A stretch of 64,000 nt of DNA, from NCBI GenBank assembly GCA_030770535.1, contig JASVEC010000014.1:434001-498000 (forward strand), in the 5' to 3' direction. This document shows, piece after piece, positions 16,056-30,400 of this stretch; positions within the stretch are counted from its first letter, which is position 1; every line of letters starts with the position of its first letter. This DNA comes from Batkoa obscura. Taxonomy: Eukaryota. A program made the position numbers and the translations under genes. A model generated the notes under the pieces. The model was not told where the DNA came from and searched no databases. It worked only from the letters and a program-made list of their open reading frames with translations.

Positions 16056-16502
16056 ATGTCTGATTTAAATAAATTCATTAATAGTAAATCAATAAACAAT
16101 AATAAATTCTTCATTAACTAACAATAATCTAGATAAAGTGGGCGTTGTAACTTTTGATGGAAGATATTTAGTTGTAAATTATTATTGATTTTAACATCTA
16201 TCTCAATTTTAAAAAAATTCAAATTATAGGGACTATTGATTGGAACGGATCAAGCGAATAATATAATCTTACAAGATTGTGAGGAGAGAATATTATCTTT
16301 AGAAGAACCTATGGAAATTGCTCCTTTAGGCTTATATATTATTAGGGGTGATAACGTGTAATTTTTATTGTTTTTATTACTTGTTTGAGTATTTATTTAT
16401 TTAACTTTTAGGGTAATTTTAGGTGGAATTAATGAAGAAAAAGATAAAGATGTACTTTCAACAGTTATCAAAGCAGAACCTATAAATTCAGTTATTTACT
16501 GA
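16056..16502 (+). CDS. LSM8: U6 snRNA-associated Sm-like protein Lsm8 (4 exons; absent from the ORF track)
   Basis: Manual splicing gives MSDLNKFINNKVGVVTFDGRYLVGLLIGTDQANNIILQDCEERI...PLGLYIIRGDNVVILGGINEEKD...IKAEPINSVIY*. Confidence 0.9.
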
Positions 16503-16949
16503 AAAATCGATATCAAATTAAATATTATATTTTATAAAGTTTAGGCTACATACTTAGCTTTTATTTCAAATTTATTTTGACTATAAAATATCGACGCTGT
16601 TTACGTTAATATTTTTTTATCAGATTTTAACATAATTATAATACTATTCTTTATTGACATTAAATTGTGTTGAATACGTTGACATTGATTAGTTACAAAT
16701 TAGTATATCAAAAAGTACCTATTCAATAACAAAATTTTAAAATATTATGTTTTGGTATTATCTATTTATGAGTAAATATTCATTTTAAATTTCAACAAAC
16801 AAAGGAAATGAATAAAACAAATTTATTCAAACTACTTTATTAAATAATAATATACAATATACTTTATAGAAACAAATTCGCAAAGTTCCTTATTTAAATA
16901 ATATTAAAAGTAAATGATTGAACCATAAATAAAGAAAAAGCCAGTGGCA

Positions 16950-18486
16950 TTATTCAGCGAGCAATAACTTATCTGGGGAGTCTGATTTAACTCTTTTAAC
17001 AGGCCTTGTAGGATTATCATTGGATAAAGTAGATAGGGGTGTATTTGCAATAACTAATTCCTTTAATTGATTAGTTAATAGTTGTGTTTCTTTATCATTG
17101 TTATTCTTCTTAATTGCTTCTACAGTTTGAGTTTCTTCAGGCACTTCTTTCATAAGAGCTTCCAACTCAGCTTCTAACTCACTATCATCTTCATTATTTA
17201 TTAATGGTTGATGCATTGCTTCTTGAACCTCAGCTGTATCTGTCAGCACTTCTCTTAAATCATTCATTGTCGATTCGACATTATCAACAGATAATCCATA
17301 CTCTGAGATCATACTTTTAATAGTATCAGTACCAGCTTGATAAGCTAAATGAATTTGATAATCTGTTTCACAACTTTGTATTTGATGTATTATATTGTGA
17401 ATAGAATGAAAAGAATTGGACCTTTTGTTTAATACTTCTTTAATAAGATTGAGTCGCTTAAACGAAAATATCGCTTGTGTCATTAAACCAGTTGAATAAT
17501 ATTTTTTACATTGTTTCTTTAAGCTATTTATCTTTTCTTCTAAATCTGTTATTTGTGAATTTAAGGAATTGTATGTCTTCTTTAAAGACAAAATGTTGTA
17601 GTCAATCTGATTAAAATTGGTATTGGGGATAGCTTGTTCATTATTTAAATAAGCTACTATATCTTTAGGTGAAGGAAATTTGAGAACTAACCCCAGTTCG
17701 TCATTTTCAGTAACCATAACACCTCTTTCTTTAAGACCCATAACTAAAATCAGTAAATCAGTGCTGTTTAAATCCAAAGTTAAATCCAAGTTCTTCTTTT
17801 TTAGTATTGGTAACAATAAACTTTGTTTAAATTCTAGTAAGTCTAATAATTTATCCGTACAAAAATAGATACAACTATTTTGAAATTGATCTAATAACTG
17901 TTGTGTATATTCCTTTAAATATTTCTTTACTATCAATTTCCTTTGTGATTTCAAATCAGGTATCTCAGTTTCGCCCATAATTTTAGCAATTATATTGTTT
18001 ATTGTACTCTGATAAAAGCTGGGTTGAGTTAAAAACAATTTATTTCCTTTCAGGTATTGCTCTGGTACGCACAATTTCCCTTGCTTTATTAATTCCTCCT
18101 AAATTAACATTAATATGCTATTTTAATATTGATTCTTTCAAATATATTTACCAGAACTGTGTATATTCCTAGTGGTTGTGATACTGATTGAGAGTAAGGG
18201 TCTTTCCAAGAAAGCTTAAAGTTAATATTCTCAATGTTAAAAACCCAAGGTGCACAATCCTATAAAGATTAATTTCTGTTATTATTAATTGAATCTATTT
18301 TACCTCACTTAAAAGTCTGTGTTCTAGCAATGATAAAATTATTTTCTTCCATATTTTTATATTACGTTCATAAGTTGTAGGATTTAATCTCTTTTGGCTG
18401 GTAAGATCAGAATATAATGATCTTCGTCGCTGTGCTTGTTGCAAATCGGTGATTTGATTGAGTACTGCTTGAATTTCATTAGTCAT
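16950..18486 (-). CDS. CHMP7: ESCRT-II/III hybrid protein CHMP7/Chm7; 3 exons
   Basis: N-terminal RRSLYSD...NPTTYERNIKIWK and QPLGIYTVL precede a Snf7 domain (AYQAGTDTIK, VDNVESTMNDL, DDSELEAELEAL). Confidence 0.85.
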
Positions 18487-18848
18487 TATAAAATCTAAAA
18501 GATTAAATAAGTTGGATTAAAATTTTAATTTTATATTTTGTAAATTTTAGGACCAATTATATACTATAAATTATAATGATTTAAGCTATACTAATATGAC
18601 TTATAATTGTATAAACTATAATCTACTACTCGATAACAAAGCAAAATTTATAACTTTATTCAATGTTTCATCAAAAGTGAAATAAGAAAAATTAAAAAAT
18701 TAGAGATTGAGATTAACTGACTAAATTATTTATTAATAAAATTAGAATGTAGATTTAATCTATACCAAATGATTCTCATTTTACTTTATTCAAAGAATTA
18801 GTATCTATACTGATATATCTATATGCGTTTTCTATTTTTTTCTTATAA

Positions 18849-19205
18849 TTATTGTAATTTCTTTTTAGATTTAGTTCTACCAAACATAAGATCAACGTAA
18901 TCAGGTCTTCCTTCTAATATTTTTCCGGTATTTTTCTTCTTCTTATTCTCGACTTTATAAGGATGGAATCCTTTTTTGGTCTCTATTTTTTTATCATTGT
19001 TATCTTTTTTAGGCACCACTTTCTTAATATTTGGTTCTTGTTGAATATTTTTTTCTACCTTACTAATGTTGGTACTATTAACGATTGATTCCTCCTCTTC
19101 TTCATTAACTATAGGTTCTGATAACTTATTAGCCTCTTTTTGGATCTTTATATATTCCTTTTCCTTCTTATTTGGGCGCTTAAAAAATTTGGCTGATTTT
19201 CCCAT
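18849..19205 (-). CDS. Small Lys-rich hypothetical protein (118 aa), possibly nucleolar
   Basis: Clean ATG-to-stop ORF, MGKSAKFFKRP...GRPDYVDLMFG, with coding-like composition. Confidence 0.7.
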   Translation of the reverse strand: MGKSAKFFKRPNKKEKEYIKIQKEANKLSEPIVNEEEEESIVNSTNISKVEKNIQQEPNIKKVVPKKDNNDKKIETKKGFHPYKVENKKKKNTGKILEGRPDYVDLMFGRTKSKKKLQ

Positions 19206-19626
19206 AGTTAAAGTTAAGTTTGGGTTGCTGTTTTCAAAAAGTGTTAAACTTTGGTTGAAGCTTTTGCATTATTTTATGTTAAAATTTTGCTCTAGAAATA
19301 GCAAAAAGTTATTTTACAAAATTGCTTTTAAAAATATAAACAAAATAAATCCTATCATAACTTTGATTGTTGTAAACTATAGTATAATTATTAATAAATC
19401 CAATGTTTGCTTTTGTTTGTTTAAAAAGAAGCTGTCAAATGAAATATTTACTAAATAAAGCTTCAATAATAAATACAAAAAAACAAGCAATAGTATCCAA
19501 AATAATAGCAATGAAATTACTAATTTCCAATTGACGTCATTATTGAATTAATAATGCAAAAGATAAATCACTATAAATACGTGCTGATTAAAAACACATA
19601 ACCTTTTATAAATAATAATAATAAAA

Positions 19627-21190
19627 ATGAAAGCCATTTTAACCACCAAACCAGGTAGCTTTACTATCAAAGCATCCGATACTTCAATACTTATAATTTC
19701 AAATAGGTCCAAAAGAAAACTTATATATTGGGGAAGCTGAATTACCAAAACCAAAGAAAGATGAAATATTAGTCAAAGTAATTAACTATTGTTATAATTA
19801 TATGAATATAACATTAATTGACTAATAGGTCCATTCCTTTGGTCTAAACAGAATGGATATATTACAAAGAGAAGGTAAATATCCAGTACCAAAAGGAGCT
19901 AGTCCTATCATTGGTGTTGAAATATCAGGTGTTATTACCGAAGTTGGTAGTGAAGGTAAAATTCTAGTAATTTTACTAATATTTTATTAATATTTTTTAA
20001 GTAACTGATTTTAAATCTGGTGATAGAGTATGTGGACTTATGCCAGGCGGTGCTTATGCAGAGGTAATAAGTCTTTTATAAGGAAATATGTTTTTTTTTG
20101 ATGTAGTATATGTATAAATAGTATGCTGTTATCCACCATTCATTAGCCTTTAAATTATCAGATAATGTTAGTTTTGAACAAGCAGCCGGATTTCCAGAGG
20201 TAATAACTAGAAATTATAGAATGGTTTCTAAAAAAATAATCTTATAATCTATTCATTAGGCTTATATCACTGCCTATCAAGCTTTACATTATATTGGAAA
20301 ATTCAAAAAAGGTAAAAAATTGATAATTAAGAATATGATTAAATCAAGGATTAAAAATTAAACATATCTTTTGTATATAGGTCAAAGTATCCTTATTCAT
20401 GCGGGTGCATCTGGTGTTGGTACTACATTAATTCAATTAGCAAAAAGAGCAGGGGCGTAAGAATAACTTATAATTTACTTAGTAGAATCAAATAATAGAA
20501 TTCAATAACGTTATAGTGAACATATCTTTTTTACTGCTGGCACGGATGATAAAGTAAAATTTTGCACTGAGTTAGGTGCTGATATTGGTATCAATTACAA
20601 GAATGAAAAATTCGATGAAGTGGTAAGGTTTTATTAATAATTGTGTTCACTTTTTACTTAAGTATTCTATTGTTTCTAATAGATTCTTAAAAATACGGAT
20701 AATAAAGGAGTAGATTTAATCATTGATTTCATTGGTGCCAATTATTGGAATCAAAATATGGCCTCATTAAAATTAGATGGTAAAATGGTGATGTTAGGAT
20801 TAATGTCAGGTATTGTTGATCTATTATTATGAGGATAATATATAGCTAGTTACTAAATATTTGTTAGGTTTTAAAGTACCCGAGGCTGATATTGGTAGTT
20901 TATTGAGAAAGAGAGTAACTGTAAATATTATAAATAATTTAATAGCACTTTTATTCAATTGGATTTAATGAAATTTTTAGGTTGAGGGTAGTACTTTAAG
21001 AAGTCGTACGGTTGAATATCAAGCTAATTTATGTGACTTAATTAAAAAAGATAATATCTTTAAAGCAGTGGAAAATGGAGAGTTAAAAATATTAGTTAGT
21101 AAAACATTTGATTGGAATTCAATTCAAGATGCCCATGATTATATGGAAAAAGCACAAAATATTGGTAAAATTATCGTTACTATTTCTTAA
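19627..21190 (+). CDS. NADPH:quinone oxidoreductase, PIG3/zeta-crystallin (MDR) family; 11 exons (absent from the ORF track)
   Basis: Spliced peptide has [61 protein letters not shown] and [16 protein letters not shown]. It has 10 GT-AG introns. Confidence 0.92.
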
Positions 21191-21247
21191 TATATTGAAA
21201 TAAATAACAAAATGTAAAATTTATTAAAATGAGTTAAAAATGAAAAT

Positions 21248-21426
21248 TTATTCATATTGTTTCGTTAATTTAACTACCCTTGTTTTACGATCAATTGTAA
21301 TTACTCCTATTTTCTTTAATTCATTTAAAATATGTTCAACCTCAACTCCACTAGCATTATATACTTTTGTAATTTGATCTTCCAAAGTATCTAATGTAAC
21401 ATTATCATTATTCTTATTATTATTAC

Positions 21427-21459
<33 letters not shown>

Positions 21460-22825
21460 ATAATGCTTTCAGTGCTTCAGCCATTAATTTACCATGATAT
21501 TTACGAATGTTATTATTAAAATCTGATTCCAGTCCAATTTTTTGTAAAAATTGTTTTTCAAATTTTCTATACAAAATAAATAAATAAATTATCATTAAAA
21601 GTAATTGATAACAATAAAATAAAGTTACTTACTTATAGCTAAGTTCATGATTAACTTCATCAAATTGATCAATAAATTGAATAAAATCTTCAATTTGGTC
21701 CATTAAATAACCCCATCTTTCTTTTAGCTTTTGTTGATGTGTTCTACTTTTCTTTTCAAAACTTATTTCCTTCTCTTCTTCAAAAAATATACAATTATAA
21801 ACATCACAAACTCCTTTCATATTGGGATCGGATGGAAAACAATGCCACCGATAACCATCAGGCATTTGATTACTTAATTCTTGAATATCTTTCTTTCTTC
21901 TTTCCATATCTTCAAGTTGTTGATATTCCAATTCTAATTTTTGTTTTACTTCATAATATCTTATATAATCCTGGTCTATTATTAATTCTTCTATTGGTAT
22001 ATCAATATCTTTATATCGTTCTAATAATTGAAGAACCTGTTCTTCAACAATAGGTATTTCTTGATCAAAAAATTCCTCTTGTTTTTCAATATCATAAATA
22101 TCTAAAGTAATACTTTTAATTTCTTGTTCTAATTTTTTACTTTCTTCATTAATGTTAACAACTTCTTCTACTTCCTTTTGAATGCCCTCATACCTTTGTT
22201 TAGCTGTTTTAATTACTTGATTTATAGTATTAAAATTCTCAACTCTTTTGTAGTAAGTATCCCTGATTTCTTTAACTAATTTCTTTTCTTCAGTCAATTC
22301 GGTCAAATTAACAAACTTAGCTAATCTATTAAAATAAGAAATAAACGATATTTCACATTTTATAAAATTTTGATTGATCACTTCAAATTTATCTTGACCT
22401 TTAGATAAATTCAAATTTCTAGTATAATTTTCATCTTTTGGATTGACATCATCAAAAAATAAATGACTATATGACTCATCATAAGAATATTCTCCTGCTA
22501 GATCATCAATTTGAAATTCTCTTTTTGATTTTTTATTGGAAAATTTGGTAAATAAATTAATCTCTTTTAAACTCGCTTTTCTTAATGTAATATGTCTAGG
22601 CTCTGATTTCATGACCCCAAAACTATCTTTGAGATAAAAGTCTTCCGGTAAGTTATAAGTATCATCTAATAAAGTAAATGGTTCTTCTACTTCTCCTGTT
22701 AAGCCTCGTATATCCGGTCGGTTTTCAGCAAGATTCTTTTTATTAAAATCTCGTAACGTTTCTAATAAGATTTTATATTGCATTGGTAGTTGATTTTCTA
22801 ATTCTCTTCGTTCACTTGGATTCAT
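21248..22825 (-). CDS. Hypothetical coiled-coil protein with a poly-Asn tract and a possible winged-helix tail; 2 exons
   Basis: A long ORF and a downstream exon are joined by a ~65-nt GT-AG intron near 21568-21632. No family recognised. Confidence 0.7.
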
Positions 22826-23320
22826 GATCTTAATTATTAGCACTTTACAAGTTGAAAAAACAAAAGTGGAATATTGAAAATTTCAAATAAATAGTCTAGA
22901 ATTTAGAATTGGATTTTGATGTAAAATTACGCATTCAGAATTGAAAAATAAGGAGTACTTTGCAAAAATACTAATTCATCTTTATACAAATGGACTTGTT
23001 TGAACATTGTTCAATTTTTATACTTAAAAATCAATACGATGACCAGTTAGTTATATTATTATATAGGAGACATCCTTTTATGACTCAAGTCATAAAAGTT
23101 CCTAATAGGTTTAAATTATTTATTGAATAACTTTTTAACTAACTATAATATTAAATAATCACCTTAACGACAAAATATGATAAAATAATACAACAATTTA
23201 ACTCTTTAAATAAAAAAATTCGCTATTTTTTGATCAGTAATTTTAGTTGAATTTAAGTTATTTATTTGATAAATAATAAAAGATTAAAATAATATATTAA
23301 AATAATATATTAAAATAAAA

Positions 23321-25945
23321 TCAACCACCTAAAACACTTTCACCTAAATCTGTTTTAGGATTATCCATAACATAAGGTGCTAATACTTTAAAATTTTCAT
23401 CATTAGGCTCATAAGCTAAACATTGTCTTTCATAAGCTAATTTATGAAATAAATTTAAGTTTTGTATAAATCGAGTACCAGTCTAAATTTAATATGAAAT
23501 ATCAATAAAGATAAAGTATATGAAAAAGTTAATTGGTTTTACCTGATGTTGATCAATTCGATTTAAAAACTGAACTGTATAATTTCGAATTGTTTTATTG
23601 GGATGAAATAAGGCAACTGTAACTGGAGTTAATCCACCTTGATTTTGGGGTACTGATGCTAAAAACTAATAATAATTTATAAACATCCAAAATTTAATAA
23701 AATGAATAAAAACTTACTTCAATAATTTGATCGGAAGCGACAATGTTTTCCAAAAAAGATTTATAAATTGCTTCCAATTCTCTATCTGGAATAAACTTAA
23801 AATTCCTCAATTTAATAATTTGATGTTGAATATGAATATTACAAATAGCCCTCGAATTTAATTTGTTTTGAAAATCTTTTAGATAATATCGATATGATTT
23901 ACTCTTTTTCCATCCTTCAATTCGTGGTATATTACCAACTATTTCTCTCATTCGACTACTATCATCATTAAATACAACCCCATACCCCAATTGTCCTCCT
24001 GTTGGATCTGGTGTATTTATAGCTGTTATACCGATTTTTGTTCCAGATGATAGTGTTTCCTCTTCATATAACGCAGCTATATCTACAAATCGTTGTACAT
24101 AATCAATAAATTTGGCTCGAATGGATAATTCTCCATAATGAGAATTAATGGCTTGCATAACCTAAATAATGGTTAATGATTATTTATTTATTATTTATAT
24201 AATATAATGTTACATCATGAATAAAATCATTATCTAAATTATCCCATTTTTCACCACTTTGTTTATGTAAATTGGATGCATTTTGATTTGATATAACATT
24301 CGAACCTGGATTAGAATTATTAGTTGATGTAGAAGATCTTCTATTACCAGCCAACTCTGAATTAGATGGTGACGTTCCACCTTCCATTGAACCTTGATTA
24401 TTCACCATTGAATTTTCAGTAAATGTTTGAATATTGTAATCCACTTTTTCAGCACTATTAATATAGGGGCTGATCGTTATCTTTTTTGTTGATATATTAC
24501 ATAGTACATCCCACCATTTTGGATGTCCTTCAAATGTTGGATTAGCTACTCCAGCAATAAAACCACGGCTAATTTAATTATATTAAAAAGGATTGAAATA
24601 TAATTTATAAATAATTACAATTTCAAAAGAGACTCTATATCTGATAACGAAGTATATGGAAATGCTCTTTCTAAAAATCCTTTAAGTACAATACCACATC
24701 CAGATCCCATGGCACATGCAGCTAATACATAATTGGCTACTTTACCTGATGGTAAACCATGGCCAAGAAAAATAATTCTTTTTTCTGTCAATAAAGCATT
24801 GAGTAATAATATAATTGGATGAGTGTTTGAGCCATGAGTATCTAAATGAGGATGAAAAGGGTGGGGACTAACTGGTGAATTGGCAAAGGTATTAATTAAA
24901 TTAATCATTGAAAACTAAATAACAATATAATATTATAAATATTAGTGAAATTCTTGTAGAAACTTACGTCTCCAACTTCTTCTGAAAATATAGTCAATGG
25001 CACTCTAATTGGAATAATTACATTTTCGTAATCGACTGCCGTCTCAAAAAAGTGGCGATCTTTATTTTTTGAAGTGGCTGGAATTTCTTTACGTAAGCCG
25101 GAAGATAAATCAATAAAAGTTTGTCTTTTTTTAATATTTTTACTACTTCTTTTTGATTCAATATCACTAAATTCTTCCCCAGCCGAAGAAGAAGAAGGTG
25201 ATTTCATCATCGATAAGGATTGAATTTCTTTTACTAAATGCGCATTTTCTTCCATAGCTATAAATTTTTCTTCAAACATTTCTCGATCTTCTGACGCCCT
25301 TAATATCATTTTTTCAAAGATATTGAATTTGGGCATTAACGACACATCCATACAATTAACTGCATTATAGAGTGATCCTAATACCTGCACACTCGGTTTT
25401 TTAAAATAGTTTTCAAGTGCTAACAACAATACTGGCTAAATAAGATATTAGATAGTTTTTCAGATTTGAGAAACTACTTACTTTATAGATATGCAAATAT
25501 CGATGCTTTGTACAAATTGCCATAGCTTTTACATGTGCCCCTCTAAAAAATAGTTAAATTATCAATAATTTAAACAATTGCATTTTTACCTTAATGCTTC
25601 TCTATCATATTTTGTAATAACCAAGGATAATACATATAAAAGTTCCTTTGGAGACGATGTGTCTTCAGAATATGGGGATCTATGAGCACCATAGTCTTTA
25701 TTTGGATTTAAAAAAAAAATAGTCCAATCTTCGGCTCTTTGATGGACACCATCTGGCAACATCATTTCCGCTAAAACGCTTTAAAGCCATCAAATAAATC
25801 AATCGTAAATATTCGAAAAAAATTACTGTTCATCCATTCCTGTTTTATAAGGATATTGATGAGCTAAAGATGCTCCTTTACCAATATCAAATTCTGCTAA
25901 CAATATAAATTGGACATGCGGTGGATTTTCACTATCAAAACTCAT
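23321..25945 (-). CDS. MesA/Afi1 polarity-axis stabilisation protein (DENN-related), multi-exon
   Basis: HVQFILLAEFDIGKGASLAHQYP, LAEMMLPDGVHQRAEDWTIFFL, RGAHVKAMAICT, THPIILLLNALLTEKRIIFLG, ERAFPY, GFIAGVANPTF and WWDVLCNI. Confidence 0.88.
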
Positions 25946-26111
25946 TATTGAAAACGTAAATTATTTTGGGTGGCTTATTTTTTATTTTTATATTATAAAA
26001 TCAGGGGATTATTTTATTTATTAATAAATCAAAATTGTTAATTATTGTTGTCAAGAGTTATAAATAGTTTATATAAAAACATACTAGTAAAGTTACAAGT
26101 TAACAGCAAAT

Positions 26112-26184
26112 GCCTGATTAGCTCAGTCGGTAGAGCATGAGACTTTTAATCTCAGGGTCATGGGTTCGAGCCCCATATTAGGCT
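26112..26184 (+). tRNA. tRNA-Lys (anticodon TTT), intronless
   Basis: 73 nt. Acceptor stem GCCTGAT/ATTAGGC, D arm GCTC..GAGC, anticodon arm TGAGA-CTTTTAA-TCTCA, T arm ATGGG-TTCGAGC-CCCAT. A T5 run at 26191-26195 fits a Pol III terminator. Confidence 0.96.
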
Positions 26185-26330
26185 AATATATTTTTGCAAT
26201 TTCTCTTATGGTAATCAGTTAATTATTATAATCTTTTCCTTTCAAGTGCATGAAAATAAAATGTACAACGTTATACATTAGCACAAATTTTTAATAAGAG
26301 TCGAAAAAATAATATGAGCGTAATACTAAT

Positions 26331-26432
26331 TTATGAAATTCTATTAGAGTATTTTAGATATTGACTAACATTTTTCAAATTTTGTTAAATAAAAATGGGT
26401 AAATAAATGAAACTAAAAGATACATTCCCATA
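26331..26432 (+). mobile_element. Highly degenerate MITE copy
   Basis: ...ttgactaacatttttc...aaaatgggtaaataaatgaaactaaaagatacattcccata. The right end is recognisable and the left end is eroded. Confidence 0.45.
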
Positions 26433-26802
26433 TATTAATACAGTTACATTCTTTATATTTTTCAATAAATTAACTCAACTCGGCCTATTTTCAAACAAAT
26501 AAATCATTATCAAAATTTGTTTTTTTCTTTATTAGTATTGTCAAAATATTACATTTTTGTTCACTTTTGTATTTTGTTGAATTTGGATCAAATGGTTTCT
26601 TATCACAAATGATTGGATTTAAATCTAAGATAATCTAAAAATGCTGCGAAAAATGATTGGAAGTTAAATTTCAAAGGTCCAATAAGAGTGAAGCAACAAT
26701 AAATTAAAGATAATTATTATTTCTAAATAGCTCCAACTTTTTAATCAACGAAGTTATTTAATAGCTTAAAGGCCATCTCTTAAATAGAATTTATAATTAA
26801 CC

Positions 26803-28723
26803 ATGAGTGAGAAGCTTACCCGTATCGCTATCATTAACACGGATAGATGTAAACCTAAGAAATGTCGTCAAGAATGTAAAAAGAGTTGTCCAGTAAATCG
26901 TATGGGTAAGTTTTCATTTCTTTGCCATTGTTTTCGCCATTTAATATTTTACAAATAAAGGTAAACTTTGTATTGAGGTTACTCCAACTTCAAAAATAGC
27001 TTCCATTAGTGAAGATTTATGTATTGGTTGTGGTATTTGCCCTAAAAAGTGCCCATTTGAAGCTATTATGATTATCAATTTACCAACCAATTTGGAAAAA
27101 GAAACTACTCACCGTTATTCTGCTAATAGTTTCAAGCTTCATAGATTACCAATTCCTCGTCCTGGCCAAGTTTTAGGTTTAGTAGGTACTAACGGTATTG
27201 GTAAATCTACTGCCTTAAAGATTTTGGCCGGTAAGCAAAAGCCAAATCTTGGACAATTTTCAGATCCCCCAGATTGGCAAGATATTCTTAAACATTTCCG
27301 TGGTTCAGAACTTCAAAATTATTTCACTAAGATTTTAGAAGATAACCTCAAAGCTATTATTAAACCACAGTATGTTGATCATATTCCTAAAGCTCTTAAA
27401 AATCAAGCTGATACTAAAGTTAAAGTTCTTTTGGATTCTAAAACCGAGAGAAACAATGTTGATCAAATGATTGATGCTTTAGACCTTAATGAGGTTTTGA
27501 ATCGTGAGGTTGGTCAATTGTCTGGTGGAGAACTTCAACGTTTCGCCATTGCTATGACCTCTGTACAAAAAGCTGACGTTTATATGTTTGATGAGCCTTC
27601 TTCCTATCTTGATGTCAAACAGCGTTTGAATGCAGCTCGTACTATCCGTTCTTTATTAGAGATCAAAACCTATGTTATTGTAGTTGAGCACGATTTGTCT
27701 GTTTTAGATTATCTATCCGATTTCGTCTGTGTTCTCTATGGTGTTCCTGGTGTGTATGGTGTTGTTACTCTTCCTTTCAGTGTCCGTGAAGGTATTAATA
27801 TTTTCCTTGATGGTATGATTCCAACTGAGAATTTACGTTTCCGTCAAGAATCTCTTACCTTCCGTATGGTTGAAGCATCGGACACTCAAGATGATATTCA
27901 AAGGAATCGTTTATACTCTTATCCAACCATGACCAAAAAATTAGGTGATTTCAAACTGAAAGTAAACTCTGGTGATTTTACTGATTCTGAAATTATTGTC
28001 ATGTTGGGACAAAATGGTACTGGTAAGACAACATTTATTAAAATGCTTGCTGGTGCCCTTAAACCTGATGATGATTCAGTTGAGATGCCTAAACTTAACA
28101 TCTCTTACAAGCCACAAAAGATTGCTCCTAAATTCCAAGGTACCGTTCGAATGCTTTTCCTTAAAAAGATCAAAACTGCTTTTATGCATCCACAATTCAA
28201 TACTGATGTTGTTAGACCGTTATCAATTGAAGCTCTTCTTGATCAAGAGGTAATTTTAAAGATATTTAATTCAATATTTTTCTCATTTCAGTTATAGGTT
28301 GTTAATCTTTCTGGTGGTGAATTGCAACGTGTTGCTATTATTTTGGCACTTGGTCAACCAGCAGATATTTATCTTATTGATGAACCTTCAGCTTATTTGG
28401 ATTCAGAACAACGTATCATTGCTGCTAAAGTTATTAAGCGTTTTATCTTACATGCTAAAAAGACTGCCTTTATTGTAGAGCATGATTTCATTATGGCCAC
28501 TTACCTTGCTGATCGTGTAGTAGTGTATGAAGGTATACCATCCGTCGATGCTGTTGCTAACTCTCCTCAACCTTTACTCAAAGGTATGAACGATTTCCTT
28601 AGATCTCTCGAAATTACTTTCCGCCGTGATCCTACCAATTATCGTCCACGTATCAACAAAGCCGAATCTGTAATGGATCGTGAACAGAAACTTAGTGGAA
28701 ATTACTTCTTCTTAGAAGAATAA
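26803..28723 (+). CDS. RLI1: Ribosome recycling ATPase ABCE1/Rli1; 3 exons
   Basis: [26 protein letters not shown]e-S domain, [14 protein letters not shown] and two ABC NBDs ([25 protein letters not shown]). Introns lie near 26906-26960 and 28250-28297. Confidence 0.98.
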
Positions 28724-29541
28724 TTTACAAATTTAATTTGAAAATGTAATATAAAAGGAGGAACAATTTCATGTAACAAGCTTAAATTCAATTGTTAGAA
28801 GCTTAAAAGTTTAAATTATACTATTTTAATTGACTTCCATAAACAACTTGTCCCACTTCTCAACCTTTAATAAAAATAGAATCTATCTTGTTTTTAAGCA
28901 TTTAGAAAGTTAATCAACATTTTGAATATATATTTTTATACTATCATATTTTGATACTTAAACGTTAGATTTAGTATAATATTATTTTTATTTATTTGTT
29001 TTAACACATGAAATAAATCCACTAAAGATTCTTAATTGCTCCTTTAAAAAATAATACTTTTGTCTATTTATAAACCACAAATTTAATTTTAAAAAAAAAT
29101 TTAAGCTTTTAACTCATTATTTTGAGCTATTGTAACAATTTTGTTAGTACCCTGTTTTTATTTTAAGATTCTTAGATTAATTAGATTTGATTAGTACTGC
29201 TATATACTTTACGAGATATGGTAAGGCGGAATAAAAGGATATTAACATCTAAATATAACGGGAGATTGTTGTAGTCAGTTGAAGTGGTTCGGATATAAGT
29301 CAAAGTCCTATCATAAATTTCAATAGTTTAAAGATTTTATAATGTGATATAAAGACATGAATCAAATATATTCAATACAATTACAATCTAAAAAGCGTAA
29401 GTTATATATATTGAATTGATATAATTTTAACTATATAACCCAAATAATGTTTAAAGGATAACATGAAGTAAAAAAAAATTCCTTAATATTTTTAGTGACT
29501 ATATGTATAATCACGATCAAAAGTCTTAATTTCAAACAAAG

Positions 29542-29642
29542 TATGGGAATGTATTTTTATATTTAAGAATTTTGCTAACAATTTTTCCATTCAAATAGCG
29601 TTTAAGAGATAAAAAAAGTGAAGTCAAAAAAACATCTTCGTA
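29542..29642 (+). mobile_element. ~100-bp MITE copy
   Basis: tatgggaatgtatttttatatttaagaattttgctaacaatttttccattcaaatagcg...aaaaaacatcttcgta. Confidence 0.85.
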
Positions 29643-30295
29643 TACTAATGAATTATTTAAAAAATTTTAAACAACCATAAAGTTTAACAACTATTTATTA
29701 AGTTTAATATTAAGTCAAAAACGTTAAATTTAAAAACATTCAAATCATTTTTGAATTTATTATATAAACCTCTATTATCAGTTTAAATAGCAATTCGATT
29801 AAGTTTTAGTATATAATATACATAAACATATAAACTTTAATGAAGTTATATTGTTATTTTAGTAGTCTGATACTTTACCAAAATAAGATATTAATTTGAA
29901 CTTGAGATTCAATATTCTTCAATTTTGATTTTTTCCAAAGTTATAAATCATTTAATGCTATGAGAATAGTTATTTTTTAATAGTTTTGAAGCCATATGCT
30001 AATCTTTTTGCTTTAATGTTTACTGGTAGTCTTTTTAAAGTCTATTTCAAATAATAAATACATATAATAATAAAATAAAGATATCTTTAGATAGACTTCA
30101 CGAAGTGAATTTGAATTAAATTACATAATTTTTCTTCAATATTAACTGATTTTTAAATTTATATAATGCAACTAGCATTTCAATCTATTTTCATTAACGG
30201 CGCGTTATATAAAATTATGATATTGAACTATACAACTATACATTAATAAGCTGGAAATTAAAATTTCCTTTTAAACTTTAAATTTAAATTCAATA

Positions 30296-30400
30296 TATGG
30301 GGGTGTTTTTTTTAACTTCATTATTTTTTCCATTTTTTAAGCGATGTTTAAGTGGAAAATTTGTTAGTAAAATTTTTAAACATAAAAATACATCCCCATA
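30296..30400 (-). mobile_element. ~100-bp MITE copy
   Basis: tatgggggtgttttt...aaaaatacatccccata; the interior is the reverse complement of the consensus. Confidence 0.88.
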
